From contig CAVUQN010000004.1 of the NCBI GenBank assembly GCA_963743515.1, positions 768,569 to 832,568 on the forward strand: a DNA stretch of 64,000 nt, in the 5' to 3' direction. Position numbers and translations under genes: made by a program. Shown piece by piece: positions 1 through 9,645 of this stretch (position 1 is its first letter; every line of letters begins with the position of its first letter). The notes below the pieces were generated by a model. It had not been told where the DNA came from and ran no database searches. It saw only the letters and a program-made list of their open reading frames with translations. Source of the stretch: an uncultured Actinomycetota bacterium (GTDB lineage: Bacteria; Actinomycetota; Actinomycetes; Streptomycetales; Streptomycetaceae).

Positions 1-459
1 ACCTACGCGCCGGATCTGGTGCAGGACCGGGACGTGTCGTGGGTGTCGCGGCAGTTCGGGTTGTTCACCGTGGTCTCGCTGCTGATTCCGCCGTTGGCGG
101 GTGGGCTGTGGGCCTGGTCGTGGCAGGGGGCGGTGACGGCTTTCTTCTGGGGTTCGCTGGTGCGGGTGTCGTTGCTGCACCACGTGACCTGGTCGATCAA
201 CTCGATCTGCCACGCCTCGGGGCGGCGGCCGTTCAAGTCGCGGGACCGGTCCGGCAACGTGGCCTGGTTGGCGGTGCTCTCCTGCGGGGAGTCATGGCAC
301 AACCTGCACCACTCGGATCCGACCTCGGCGCGGCACGGGGTGCTGCGCGGGCAGGTGGATTCGTCGGCCCGGCTGATCCGCTGGTTCGAGCTCGCGGGGT
401 GGGCCCGTGATGTTCGCTGGCCGAGCCCGGAGCGGGTTGCGGCGCGGCGGGCGGCATGA
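1..459 (+). CDS. Acyl-CoA/fatty acid desaturase, 3' part (truncated by window edge)
   Basis: Desaturase motifs HHVTWSINSICH and GESWHNLHH; stop at 457-459. Confidence 0.9.
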   Translation, partial: TYAPDLVQDRDVSWVSRQFGLFTVVSLLIPPLAGGLWAWSWQGAVTAFFWGSLVRVSLLHHVTWSINSICHASGRRPFKSRDRSGNVAWLAVLSCGESWHNLHHSDPTSARHGVLRGQVDSSARLIRWFELAGWARDVRWPSPERVAARRAA

Positions 460-466
460 TGGTCCT

Positions 467-1180
467 GTGAGTGACAGCAGCGGTGGTTCAGGGGATGCAG
501 GGGTTCCAGCGGTCCCCGCGAAGGCGGCCCGTGCGCGCAGGGCCCCGGCTGCGGGCGGGCGGGCCGCCCGCGTGCGGATGAGCGGGAAGCAGCGGCGGGA
601 GCAGCTGTTGGACGTGGGGCGGGCGCTTTTCGCGGAGCGGGGGTACGAGGCCACGTCGGTGGAGGAGATCGCGGCGCAGGCCGGGGTGTCGAAGCCGGTG
701 GTGTATGAGCACTTCGGGGGGAAGGAGGGGCTGTACGCGGTGGTGGTGGACCGCGAGATGCAGTTGCTGATGGACATGGTGACCGGGTCGTTGACCGGGG
801 GGCATCCGCGGGAGTTGTGCGAGGAGGCGGCGTTCGCGCTGCTGGACTACATCGAGACGTCGACGGACGGGTTCCGGATCCTGGTGCGGGATTCGCCGGT
901 GGCGCAGTCGACGGGGACGTTCGCGTCGTTGATCAACGATATTGCGACGCAGGTCGAGGACATCCTGGGGCACGAGTTCAAGTCGCGTGGGTATGACGCG
1001 AAGCTGGCGCCGATGTATGCGCAGATGCTGGTCGGGATGGTGGCGCTGACCGGTCAGTGGTGGCTGGATGTGCGGAAGCCGAAGAAGGCCGAGGTGGTGG
1101 CGCATCTGGTGAATCTGGCGTGGCACGGCTTGGAGGGGATGGAGCGGCGGCCGCAGTTGGTGGGCCGCCGGAAGAACTAG
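467..1180 (+). CDS. TetR/AcrR family transcriptional regulator
   Basis: HTH LFAERGYEATSVEEIAAQAGVSKPVVYEHFGGKEGL; start GTG 467 or ATG 578 uncertain. Confidence 0.9.
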   Translation: MSDSSGGSGDAGVPAVPAKAARARRAPAAGGRAARVRMSGKQRREQLLDVGRALFAERGYEATSVEEIAAQAGVSKPVVYEHFGGKEGLYAVVVDREMQLLMDMVTGSLTGGHPRELCEEAAFALLDYIETSTDGFRILVRDSPVAQSTGTFASLINDIATQVEDILGHEFKSRGYDAKLAPMYAQMLVGMVALTGQWWLDVRKPKKAEVVAHLVNLAWHGLEGMERRPQLVGRRKN

Positions 1181-1590
1181 TCCTGGGCGGGGGTGTCGGG
1201 CTGGTCGGGGGTGGCGGCGGGGGTCGCGGCGGGGTGGGGTTCGAGGAATTCGACGCGGTTGCCGACCGGGTCGTGGGAGTAGAAGCGGTCGTGTCCGGGG
1301 AGGTTGTCGTCCCAGGTGACGGGGGCGCCGAGGGCTGCGATGCGGGCGGCGTAGGCGTGGATGCCCTGGATCCGGAGGGCGGGGTGGGCTTTGCGGGCGG
1401 GGGTGAACGGGTCCTCGATGCCGACGTGGATCTGGACGGTCCCGGTCTGGAACCAGCACCCGCCGCGGGCGGCGAGGACGGGGGGCTTGGGGATCTCGGT
1501 GAGGCCGAGGATGTCGGCGTAGTAGGCGCGGAGGAGGTCCTCGCTGCCGGGCGGTGCGGCGAGCTGGACGTGGTCGAGGGCGACGATCAT
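1177..1590 (-). CDS. VOC/glyoxalase family protein
   Basis: MIVALDHVQL...QIHVG...HPAL...DPVGNRVE; C-terminal part of the 1177..2592 ORF. Confidence 0.85.
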   Translation of the reverse strand: MIVALDHVQLAAPPGSEDLLRAYYADILGLTEIPKPPVLAARGGCWFQTGTVQIHVGIEDPFTPARKAHPALRIQGIHAYAARIAALGAPVTWDDNLPGHDRFYSHDPVGNRVEFLEPHPAATPAATPDQPDTPAQD

Positions 1591-1670
1591 GTTCTGTGCT
1601 CCTGTCCTGATTCTTTGCCAGGTGGTGGGGGTCGGCGGGCGTCCGGCGGTCACTGCTGGACGCGTGGCGA

Positions 1671-2450
1671 TCACTGCTTCACGGCGATGACGAAGATGCG
1701 GCGGTAGGGCAGCACGGTGCCGTGCGGGGTGGCCGGGTAGGCGCGGTCGAGCAGTTCGCCGTACTCGGCGAGGAAGGCCGCGCGTTCCTCGGGGTCGGGG
1801 AGTGCGTCGAGGGCGGGGCGCAGTCCGGTGCCGAGCATCCAGTCGAGGACCGGGCCGCCGGGGGTGTCGTGCGGGCCGGTGAGGACCTGCAGGTAGGTGG
1901 TCTCCCAGGCGTCGACGGTGCAGTGGAGGTCGGCGAGGCGGTGGAGGTACTCGGCGGGTGCGAGGACGCCGGGGCGTTCGGTGTCGGCGAGGCGGCCGGC
2001 CCAGCGGGGGGTGTTCCTGAGGTCGGCGAGGAGGGTGTGGGTCGGGGACTGGAAGTTCCCCGGCACTTGGAAGGCGAAGGTACCGCCGGCCGGAAGGGCG
2101 TCGATCCACTGCGGGAAGAGGTCGGCGTGGTCGGGGACCCACTGCAGGGCGGCGTTGGAGAGCAGCAGGTCGGCGTCGGGCCGGTGGGTTGCGATGTCGC
2201 CGAGGGTGAACCGGATGCCGGGGTGGTCGTGCCGGGCGCGTTCGATCATGGCGGCGGAGTTGTCGATGCCGGTGATCACGGCGTCCGGCCAGCGGTCGGT
2301 GAGGGTGGCGGTGGTGTTGCCGGGTCCGCAGCCGAGGTCGGTGATGCGTCGGGGGGTGGTGGGGATGCGGTTGACGAGGTCGTGGAAGGGGCGGCTGCGG
2401 TGGTCGGCGTGCCGGAGGTACTGGCTGGGGTCCCAGGTGGTGCTGGTCAT
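1671..2450 (-). CDS. tam: Trans-aconitate 2-methyltransferase
   Basis: WDPSQYL...RPFHDL, SAM motif DLGCGPG, SNAALQWVPDH; divergent from a MarR gene. Confidence 0.9.
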   Translation of the reverse strand: MTSTTWDPSQYLRHADHRSRPFHDLVNRIPTTPRRITDLGCGPGNTTATLTDRWPDAVITGIDNSAAMIERARHDHPGIRFTLGDIATHRPDADLLLSNAALQWVPDHADLFPQWIDALPAGGTFAFQVPGNFQSPTHTLLADLRNTPRWAGRLADTERPGVLAPAEYLHRLADLHCTVDAWETTYLQVLTGPHDTPGGPVLDWMLGTGLRPALDALPDPEERAAFLAEYGELLDRAYPATPHGTVLPYRRIFVIAVKQ

Positions 2451-2539
2451 GGTGTGCTCCGCAAGGTCGTACTGCCGCTCGGGTGCTCGAGTGCTCTGGC
2501 ACTCGGGTTGTTGTGGCGGGGGGAGGCCCATCCGCCAGG

Positions 2540-2610
2540 TATCTCGACATCAAGATACTTCGAGTCTGCCCGCAGCAGTTTCTTGATGTCAAGAGACTTC
2601 ACATCGACAC
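2540..2610. promoter_or_regulatory. MarR (TamR) operator array in the tam-tamR intergenic region
   Basis: Pseudo-palindromes TATCTCGACATCAAGATA (2540-2557) and TTTCTTGATGTCAAGAGA (2579-2596), plus a weaker third copy. Confidence 0.75.
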
Positions 2611-2631
2611 ATCCACCACTACACTGATCCC

Positions 2632-3129
2632 ATGGAGGACGAGGTCGACCGGTTGGTCAGCGCGTGGCGCCGCGAGCGCCCGGACCTCGACGTGGAACCG
2701 CTCGAGGTGCTGAGCCGCATCAGCCGCCTGGCCCGTCATCTGGACCGGGCCCGCCGGACCGCCTTCGCGGAGCACAGCCTGGAGCCCTGGGAGTTCGACG
2801 TGCTGACCGCGCTGCGCCGGGCCGGTGCGCCCTACCAGCTCTCCCCCGGCCAGTTGTTGACGCAGACGCTGGTGACCTCGGGCACGATGACCAACCGGAT
2901 CGACCGACTGGCCGGCAAGGACCTGGTCCAGCGACTGCCCGACCCGGGCGACCGGCGGGGAGTGCTGGTGCGGCTCACGGAGTCCGGGCGGGACCGCGCG
3001 GACGAGGCGCTGGCCGGACTGCTGGCCCATGAGCGGGCACTGCTCGCGGAGTTGTCGACGACTCAGCGCGCAGACCTGGCGGGCCTGCTGCGGCAGTTGG
3101 TCGCACCGTTCGACAACGTTCCCGAGTAG
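2632..3129 (+). CDS. tamR: MarR family regulator TamR
   Basis: MEDEVDRLVSAWRRERPDLD...WEFDVLTALRR...DRR winged helix; divergent from tam. Confidence 0.88.
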   Translation: MEDEVDRLVSAWRRERPDLDVEPLEVLSRISRLARHLDRARRTAFAEHSLEPWEFDVLTALRRAGAPYQLSPGQLLTQTLVTSGTMTNRIDRLAGKDLVQRLPDPGDRRGVLVRLTESGRDRADEALAGLLAHERALLAELSTTQRADLAGLLRQLVAPFDNVPE

Positions 3130-3177
3130 GACTCTTGACGTGGTGCCCGTAGGGGTTCACCCTGTAATCACATCTGG

Positions 3178-3194
3178 TTAGGAAACTTTCCTAA
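3178..3194. promoter_or_regulatory. Palindromic operator resembling a CsnR (ROK repressor) box
   Basis: TTAGGAAA-C-TTTCCTAA, a perfect 8-bp inverted repeat containing AGGAAANTTTCCT. Confidence 0.6.
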
Positions 3195-3379
3195 TAAGGA
3201 TTCGCGCAGTAGTCGTGCCCTGCGCGCCGGCTGCGCCCCCTGTTGTCCTGGCCTCAGGGGGCGCGCCGGCATCAGGCTTTTCCAGCACGGGTATTGCCAA
3301 AGGCTACTGACGAGTTGCCATACTCCGGGGGACCGGGATCCGCATCCGAACGCGGAGTCCCACCAAGGGGGTCCGATCC

Positions 3380-4288
3380 GTGCTCAGCACATCCAGCCTC
3401 GCCCGCGGACTCACGGGCGTCGCCGCCGCTGCGCTGGCCGCAGCAGCTCTGACCGGCGCGGCAGCCCCGACCGCCGCGCACACCGCCGCCCAGCCCGCCC
3501 ACCACCGGCCCGGCGGACACCAGCCGGACTACTACCTGTCGTTGGGCGACTCGCTGGCAGCGGGCTACCAGCCGAACGTGGGGGGCAACACCAACGAGTC
3601 CTACACCGACCAGTTGTACGCCCGGCTGAAGAAGCACGACCCGAACCTGGTGCACATCAAGCTCGGCTGCAGTGGCGAGACCACCCAGACGATGATCAAC
3701 GGCGGGATCTGCAGCTACCCCGGGGCCGACTCGCAGCTCGCCGCAGCGGTCGACTTCCTGAAGGCCCATCAGGGCTCGGTCAAGTACGTGACCCTGGACA
3801 TCGGCGCCAACGACGTCGACGGCTGCGCGACGCCGACCGGCCTGGACATGACCTGCGCGGCGAAGGGCATCGCCACGGTCGGCGTCCAGCTCCCGCAGAT
3901 CACCGGGGCCCTGGCGGCGGCCGGCGGCCGCAGGCCGACGTATGTCGGGATGAACTACTACGACCCGTTCCTCGCGGCATGGCTGACCGGCCCGGCCGGG
4001 CAGACGCTGGCGAAGGAGTCGGTGGCGCTGTCCACCGGCTTCAACGCGACCGTGCAGGCCGGCCTGAAGGCCGGCGGCTTCCGGCTGGCGGACGTGTCGC
4101 GGACCTTCGCGACCGACGACTTCACCCGGCAGGCGGTGGTGCCCGGGATCGGCAGGCTGCCGATCAACGTGGCGCACATCTGCGAGTGGACCTGGGAGTG
4201 CACGCCCTACCAGAACATCCACGCCAACACCCTCGGCTACGGCGTGATCGCCAACGTCTTCGAGCGCGTCCTGGAGAACCGCCGCTGA
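3380..4288 (+). CDS. Secreted SGNH/GDSL hydrolase (lipase/esterase)
   Basis: Ala-rich signal peptide, LGDSL block I, GAND block III, NIHAN block V. Confidence 0.88.
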   Translation: MLSTSSLARGLTGVAAAALAAAALTGAAAPTAAHTAAQPAHHRPGGHQPDYYLSLGDSLAAGYQPNVGGNTNESYTDQLYARLKKHDPNLVHIKLGCSGETTQTMINGGICSYPGADSQLAAAVDFLKAHQGSVKYVTLDIGANDVDGCATPTGLDMTCAAKGIATVGVQLPQITGALAAAGGRRPTYVGMNYYDPFLAAWLTGPAGQTLAKESVALSTGFNATVQAGLKAGGFRLADVSRTFATDDFTRQAVVPGIGRLPINVAHICEWTWECTPYQNIHANTLGYGVIANVFERVLENRR

Positions 4289-4321
4289 GGCGCTGCACTT
4301 CGTTCCGTCGGCCGTAGCGCC

Positions 4322-4361
4322 GAGCCCGCCCCCGCCGTTCGGGGGCGGGCTCTCCGTTTTT
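4322..4361 (+). terminator. Rho-independent terminator
   Basis: GAGCCCGCCCCC/GGGGGCGGGCTC stem followed by a T tract. Confidence 0.75.
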
Positions 4362-4428
4362 CGGGGGACATCCGTCAGAAAGGGGTATGCAACGATAAAG
4401 ATCCTTATGTTCCGGGACAAGGAGGACC

Positions 4429-6180
4429 ATGTCGCTCGAAACCGGTACGACGCGGATGGACGCCTGGCGTTCCCGCGCTGCCGTGACAGCGGTCTGGTAC
4501 ATGCGGGTCGCCGCCGTGCTCAACCTCCTGGGGGCGGTGTCGGCGCCCTTCCGCGGCCAGGTCACCCGGCACAACACCGGTGACTACTTCACCCCGTACA
4601 TGCTCACCGCGGGCTTCACCTCCGGCGCGCTGGCCCTGTTCATGGCCGTGATGCTGCGCCGCCGGAAGCGCGCCGCCTGGCTCTTCAACGTGGTGCTGGT
4701 CTGCCTGTACGCGGCCGTGGTGGTGCTGCTGATGGCCTTCTACTCGGAGATCAGGCACCACTGGTTCAACTGGATCTCGATGGCCTTCACCCTGCTGCTG
4801 CTGGCGGCGCTGCTGGTCGGACGGCGCGAGTTCCACGCCAAGGGCGACCGCTCCAACCCGGGAGTGGCCCTGGCCGCACTGATCGGTGGCGGCGCGGTGG
4901 GCGTGCTGATCGGCACGGCGCTGGTCTCGGCCACCAATACCGCCACCGGCTCCACCCTCTGGGGCCGCACCTCGTACACCCTGCTGCGGGTCTACACCCT
5001 GGCGCCCACGGACGAGCAGAACCGGGGCATCCTGCCGCCGCGCTGGGTGGACATCGCGATCAACGTGATGAGCGTGCTGATCTTCCTGCTGGTGCTCTAC
5101 GCGCTGTTCCGCGCGCCCAAGGGCAAGGAGTACCTGGCACCCGCGGACGAGGCCCGGCTGCGCGAGCTGCTGGACCGGCACGGCGAACGGGACTCGCTGG
5201 GCTACTTCGCGCTGCGCCGGGACAAGTCGGTGGTGTTCTCCCCCTCGGGCAAGGCCGCGGTCACCTTCCGGGTCGTCGGCGGGGTCTCCCTGGCCTCCGG
5301 CGACCCGATCGGGGACGTCGAGGCCTGGCCGGGGGCGATCGAGGTCTGGCGGGAGCAGGCGCAGCGGCGGGCCTGGGTGCCGGCGGTGATGGGCGCCAGC
5401 GAGGAGGGCGGCACCGTCTACGCCCGGCACGGGCTGAACGCCCTGGAGCTGGGCGACGAGGCGATCATCGAGATCCCGGAGTTCACCCTGGAGGGCCGGG
5501 CGATGCGCGGGGTCCGCCAGGCCCACAAGAAGGTCGGCCGGGCCGGTTACACGGTGCGGGTGCGCCGCCACGCGGACATCCCGGACGGCGAGATGGACAC
5601 CCTGCTCCAGCGGGCCGACCACTGGCGCGACGGCGAGACCGAGCGCGGCTTCTCCATGGCGCTGGGGCGGCTCGGCGACCCCGACGACGGCCAGTGCGTG
5701 ATGCTGGAGTGCCACGACGGCGAGGGCGAGCTGCGCGCGCTGCTGAGCTTCGTGCCCTGGGGCCGTGACGGGCTCTCGCTGGACCTGATGCGGCGCGACC
5801 GGGACTCCGACAACGGACTGCTGGAGTTCATGGTCATCGAGCTGATCGGGCAGGCCGACAGCATCGGCATCGTCCGGGTGTCGCTGAACTTCGCGATGTT
5901 CCGTTCCGTGTTCGAGCGCGGGTCCAGGCTGGGTGCGGGACCGGTGCTGCGGGTGTGGCGCTCGGTGCTGATGTTCTTCTCCCGCTGGTGGCAGATCGAA
6001 TCCCTCTATCGGGCCAACGCCAAGTACCGGCCCATCTGGGAGCCCCGCTACCTGTTGTTCGAGCGCAGCAGCGACCTCCCCCGGATCGGTCTCGCCTCGG
6101 CGCGCGCCGAGGGCTTCCTCAGCGCGCCGAGCCTGCCGAGCCTGTTCAAGCGCCGGCACAGCCGTGCGGTCGCGCCCTGA
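4429..6180 (+). CDS. Aminoacyl-phosphatidylglycerol synthase domain membrane protein (LysX/MprF-like, DUF2156)
   Basis: N-terminal TM helices; DSLGYFALRRDK, SGDPIG, ERGFSMALGR, SLDLMRR, SLYRANAKY. Confidence 0.88.
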   Translation: MSLETGTTRMDAWRSRAAVTAVWYMRVAAVLNLLGAVSAPFRGQVTRHNTGDYFTPYMLTAGFTSGALALFMAVMLRRRKRAAWLFNVVLVCLYAAVVVLLMAFYSEIRHHWFNWISMAFTLLLLAALLVGRREFHAKGDRSNPGVALAALIGGGAVGVLIGTALVSATNTATGSTLWGRTSYTLLRVYTLAPTDEQNRGILPPRWVDIAINVMSVLIFLLVLYALFRAPKGKEYLAPADEARLRELLDRHGERDSLGYFALRRDKSVVFSPSGKAAVTFRVVGGVSLASGDPIGDVEAWPGAIEVWREQAQRRAWVPAVMGASEEGGTVYARHGLNALELGDEAIIEIPEFTLEGRAMRGVRQAHKKVGRAGYTVRVRRHADIPDGEMDTLLQRADHWRDGETERGFSMALGRLGDPDDGQCVMLECHDGEGELRALLSFVPWGRDGLSLDLMRRDRDSDNGLLEFMVIELIGQADSIGIVRVSLNFAMFRSVFERGSRLGAGPVLRVWRSVLMFFSRWWQIESLYRANAKYRPIWEPRYLLFERSSDLPRIGLASARAEGFLSAPSLPSLFKRRHSRAVAP

Positions 6181-6296
6181 ACGCGCTCCCCGATCCCTTT
6201 ATGTCCAGGTTTGCTATATATATGAAGTTGGCTGGCTTGCGCTGAAGCAGACCCCGGTGATCCGTCGTCCTGTCTGTCCGGAACGGAGCAGCGACC

Positions 6297-7169
6297 ATGA
6301 CCTCCCTCCCCCGCGACACCTGTTCGGCCGCCGCTGCCGCTGCCGCTGCTCCGGGGGCCGGTGCTCGGGGGGCCCCTGCTTCGGGCGCCAGTGCTTCGGG
6401 AGGCGCTTTCCGGCGGACCCTGCGGCGCACGCGTTCGGGGCTGCTGGCCTGGGCCGAGGCCGAATGGGGTCCGCTGTTCCGGACCGTGCGCAGGCAGCTG
6501 GCGGTGAACGGTCCGGCGGCGATCCCGATGACGCTGGTGGCGACGGTGGCGGTGGTGGTCTTCCAGTTGCTGCAGCACACGGCCGCCGGAGCGGCGGCGG
6601 TGGAGCGGATCGGCGTGGTGCAGGCATCGCTGCCGCTGGGGGTGGAACTGCTGCGCACTCCGCTGTCGCTGTTCGTCCCGGCTCCGGATCTGCCGGCGTG
6701 GGGGGCAGCGGCCCAGGTCTTCTTGGTGTTCGGAATCGCGGAGACGACGATCGGACGCTGGCGGACGCTGTCCGTGGCGTACCTGGGGTCGCTGGGCGGC
6801 ACGCTGTACGCCCGGAGCGCGGTCCGGCTGGGGTCGGGTCATCTCTTCGGGCTGCCGTTCGACGACGCGTTCCTGCGGGACACCGGCCCCTCGGCAGCGG
6901 TGGTGGCGGTCGCGGTCTGCGTGGCATGGCGGTACCGGGCGTGGGTGACCGGTGCGGCGGTGGTGGTGGGGATGGCGGTCGAGCAGGCGATGCTGCCGAA
7001 CATGGCCGGGGCCGAGCATCTGACCGCGATCCTGTGCGCGCTGGCGGTGACCGGGTACAGCAGGCTGGTGGAGCGCCGGGTGGGCCGGACGGCGGACGCG
7101 CTGCGCAGCGCCTGGTCGGTGGAGCCGGAGGCGGAGAAGGTCCGCCGGATCGCCCGCGCAGCGGCCTGA
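6297..7169 (+). CDS. Hypothetical multi-pass membrane protein
   Basis: Several hydrophobic segments, GC3-biased frame, DTGPSAAV motif. Confidence 0.65.
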   Translation: MTSLPRDTCSAAAAAAAAPGAGARGAPASGASASGGAFRRTLRRTRSGLLAWAEAEWGPLFRTVRRQLAVNGPAAIPMTLVATVAVVVFQLLQHTAAGAAAVERIGVVQASLPLGVELLRTPLSLFVPAPDLPAWGAAAQVFLVFGIAETTIGRWRTLSVAYLGSLGGTLYARSAVRLGSGHLFGLPFDDAFLRDTGPSAAVVAVAVCVAWRYRAWVTGAAVVVGMAVEQAMLPNMAGAEHLTAILCALAVTGYSRLVERRVGRTADALRSAWSVEPEAEKVRRIARAAA

Positions 7170-7200
7170 GCCGCCTGTGCGGTCGGCGGGGATGCGCAGC

Positions 7201-7240
7201 GCTACTGCGGGCGTGCTACTGCGGACGTGCTACTGCGGGC
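7201..7240. repeat. 14-bp tandem repeat x3 (GCTACTGCGGRCGT)
   Basis: Copies at 7201, 7215 and 7229; the third contains the stop codon of the minus-strand LuxR gene. Confidence 0.8.
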
Positions 7241-8219
7241 CCTCGATCGAGGGCCCGATGCCGGCTCGGCGGGCCACGGCGACGGCGGCGAGGGTCGAGT
7301 GGACGTTCAGTTTGCCGAGGACGTTCTGCATATGGGTGCGGACGGTGTGCGGCGAGAGGTAGAGCCGGTCGGCGACGGCCTGCCGACCCAGCCCGGCGAC
7401 CATGCAGCGGAGGACCTGCTTCTCGCGCGGGGTGAGCGACTCGACCAGCCGCTCGCTCTCGGTGCGGTCGCGGCGCGCGGCGGTCAGCTCCCGGACGACT
7501 CCTGTGAGCAGCAGCGGCGGGATGTGGGTCTCGTCCCGGAGGACGCCGCGGACGATGGCGGTGAGCCGGCCGAGCGAGCTCTCCTTGGCGACCCAGCCGC
7601 TGGCGCCGGCCTGGAGCGCGCGGACGGTCCGACGGGGGTCGTCGTCGGTGGCGAGGACGACCGCGCGCAGGTCGGGGTGGGCGGCCCGGGCCCGACCGAC
7701 GAGCGCGATGCCGTCGGGTGCGCCTGCGCTGCGTCCGGAGGCGGGGGCCGGGCCGTCCGGGCGCTGGCCGGGGATCCGGGGGCGGTTGGGGGCGGTCGCG
7801 GGCGCGGCGGCGGGCGGGACGATCCGGGCGGTGGTGCCGGGCCGGCGCTGGGCGGGGAGCGGGACGCTGGTCCGCGGGCCGAACCCGGCCTGGAGCGGCG
7901 CGCCGGGGTGGCCGGCGGCGGGCGCGGAGCCGGATCCGCCGTTCTGGCTCGGGAGGCTGGCCGGGCCGGGGCCCTGGGCCTGGCCGGGCTGCGGGCGGGA
8001 GTCGCCCGGCGGCACGGGACCGCCGGGGGCGAGGTCGGCGTCGACGAGCAGGACCTGGTAGGGGCGGTTTTCGGCGACGGCGCGGTCGAGGGCGCGTTCG
8101 GCCGCGTGGGTGCTTCCGGCCGCGGACACGTCTATGTCGGGCTCGGCGGCGAGGGCGGTTGCGAGCGCCTCGGCGAAGATGCGATGCCCGTCGGCCACCA
8201 GGACCCGGATACGCCCCAC
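7230..8219 (-). CDS. NarL/LuxR-type response regulator with a Pro-rich insertion
   Basis: IRVLVADGHRIFAEAL receiver start; LTPREKQVL...LYLSPHTVRTH LuxR HTH. Confidence 0.85.
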   Translation of the reverse strand: MGRIRVLVADGHRIFAEALATALAAEPDIDVSAAGSTHAAERALDRAVAENRPYQVLLVDADLAPGGPVPPGDSRPQPGQAQGPGPASLPSQNGGSGSAPAAGHPGAPLQAGFGPRTSVPLPAQRRPGTTARIVPPAAAPATAPNRPRIPGQRPDGPAPASGRSAGAPDGIALVGRARAAHPDLRAVVLATDDDPRRTVRALQAGASGWVAKESSLGRLTAIVRGVLRDETHIPPLLLTGVVRELTAARRDRTESERLVESLTPREKQVLRCMVAGLGRQAVADRLYLSPHTVRTHMQNVLGKLNVHSTLAAVAVARRAGIGPSIEGPQ

Positions 8220-8429
8220 AGCTCTCCCCCTAGTCCGGCACCCGGCCCCCCGCCGTTGCCGTTCTTCAGGGTAGAGCCACCAGGGCGTTCGCAGCAGGTG
8301 AAGCGCGGGACCGGCCAGGGGCGGCCGGATGCGCCGCACGGCGCGCGGGGACGGCTTGCGCGGCACCCGGGGGCGTACGGCAGCACACGGAGGCCCCGTC
8401 GGCGGGTGGACCCCGCCGACGGGTTCGGG

Positions 8430-9581
8430 TCAGGCCAGGCGGCGGGCGCCGGCGGAGGGGACCGCGGCGAAGGTTCGGGGCTGCTGCCAGCCCTGTTCGG
8501 CGAACGCGTCCGCGACCGCTGCGGCGATCCGGTCCGCGTCCGCCTGCTCGGCGAGCACGATGACCGAGCCGCCGAAGCCGCCGCCGGTCATCCGCGCGCC
8601 CAGCGCACCGGCCGCGTTCGCGTTCGCCACAACCAGGTCGGTCTCGGCGCAGGACACCGCGAAGTCGTCCCGCAGCGAGGCGTGTCCGGCCGTCAGCACC
8701 GGTCCGATCCGCCGGGTCTCGCCGGCGTCGAGCAGGGCGACAACCTCCTCGACCCGGGCGTTCTCGGTCACCACGTGGCGGGTCAGCGCGCGCAGTCCGG
8801 GCTCGGGCAGTCGCGCCAGTGCCGCCTCCAGGCCACTGAGCGGCAGGTCGCGGAGGGCAGGCAGCCCGAGCAGGCCGGCGGCGCGCTCGCAGCCGGCCCG
8901 TCGCTCGGCGTAGGCGCCGTCCGCGAGGTCGTGCTTGACCTGGGTGTCGACGACCAGCAGCACCAGTCCCTCGGCGGCGAGGTCCAGCGGGACCTGGCGG
9001 GAGCCGAGGTCACGGGTGTCGAGGAAGAGGGCGGCGCCCTCGACGCAGCAGCTCGACGCCATCTGGTCCATGACGCCGCAGGGGACACCGGCGAAGTCGT
9101 TCTCGGCGCGCTGGGCGAGCAGCGCGATCTGCTGGTGCGTCAGCCCCAACCCGTACAGGTCGTTCCAGGCCAGCGCGACCGCGCACTCCAGCGCGGCGGA
9201 GGAGGACAGGCCGGCGCCGACCGGGACGTCGCTGTCCAGGTGGAGGTCCGCGCCGCCGACGGCGTGGCCGGCCTCGCGGAGCGCCCAGACCACGGCGGCG
9301 GGGTAGGCGCCCCAGCCCTGCACCGACCCCGGAACGAGGTCGGCGACGACGACCTCGGTGACCTGATCGGCCCAACTGCTGTGGAGTCGCAGGACCCCGT
9401 CCTCACGACGGGACACGGCCACCCGGGCGGCGTGCGGCAGGGCCAGCGGCAGCACGAATCCGTCGTTGTAGTCGGTGTGCTCGCCGATCAGGTTCACCCG
9501 TCCGGGCGACTGCCAGACGCCGTCGGGGTCGGTGCCGTAGAGGGTGGTGAACCCCTTGGTCACGGCTTCGAGTTGGGTCAC
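8430..9581 (-). CDS. galK: Galactokinase
   Basis: PGRVNLIGEHTDYN, PVGAGLSSSAA, GARMTGGGFGG. Confidence 0.96.
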   Translation of the reverse strand: MTQLEAVTKGFTTLYGTDPDGVWQSPGRVNLIGEHTDYNDGFVLPLALPHAARVAVSRREDGVLRLHSSWADQVTEVVVADLVPGSVQGWGAYPAAVVWALREAGHAVGGADLHLDSDVPVGAGLSSSAALECAVALAWNDLYGLGLTHQQIALLAQRAENDFAGVPCGVMDQMASSCCVEGAALFLDTRDLGSRQVPLDLAAEGLVLLVVDTQVKHDLADGAYAERRAGCERAAGLLGLPALRDLPLSGLEAALARLPEPGLRALTRHVVTENARVEEVVALLDAGETRRIGPVLTAGHASLRDDFAVSCAETDLVVANANAAGALGARMTGGGFGGSVIVLAEQADADRIAAAVADAFAEQGWQQPRTFAAVPSAGARRLA

Positions 9582-9645
9582 TGCTGCTCCGATTCCTGGG
9601 CGCGCGGCTGGGGCTGGGACTGCTCGGGCACTGTGCCGTACGGGC

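Noticed and set aside
1-2500. Strong G/T skew of the plus strand across genes on both strands
   Set aside because: Genes are ordinary and syntenic; compositional drift without a testable structure
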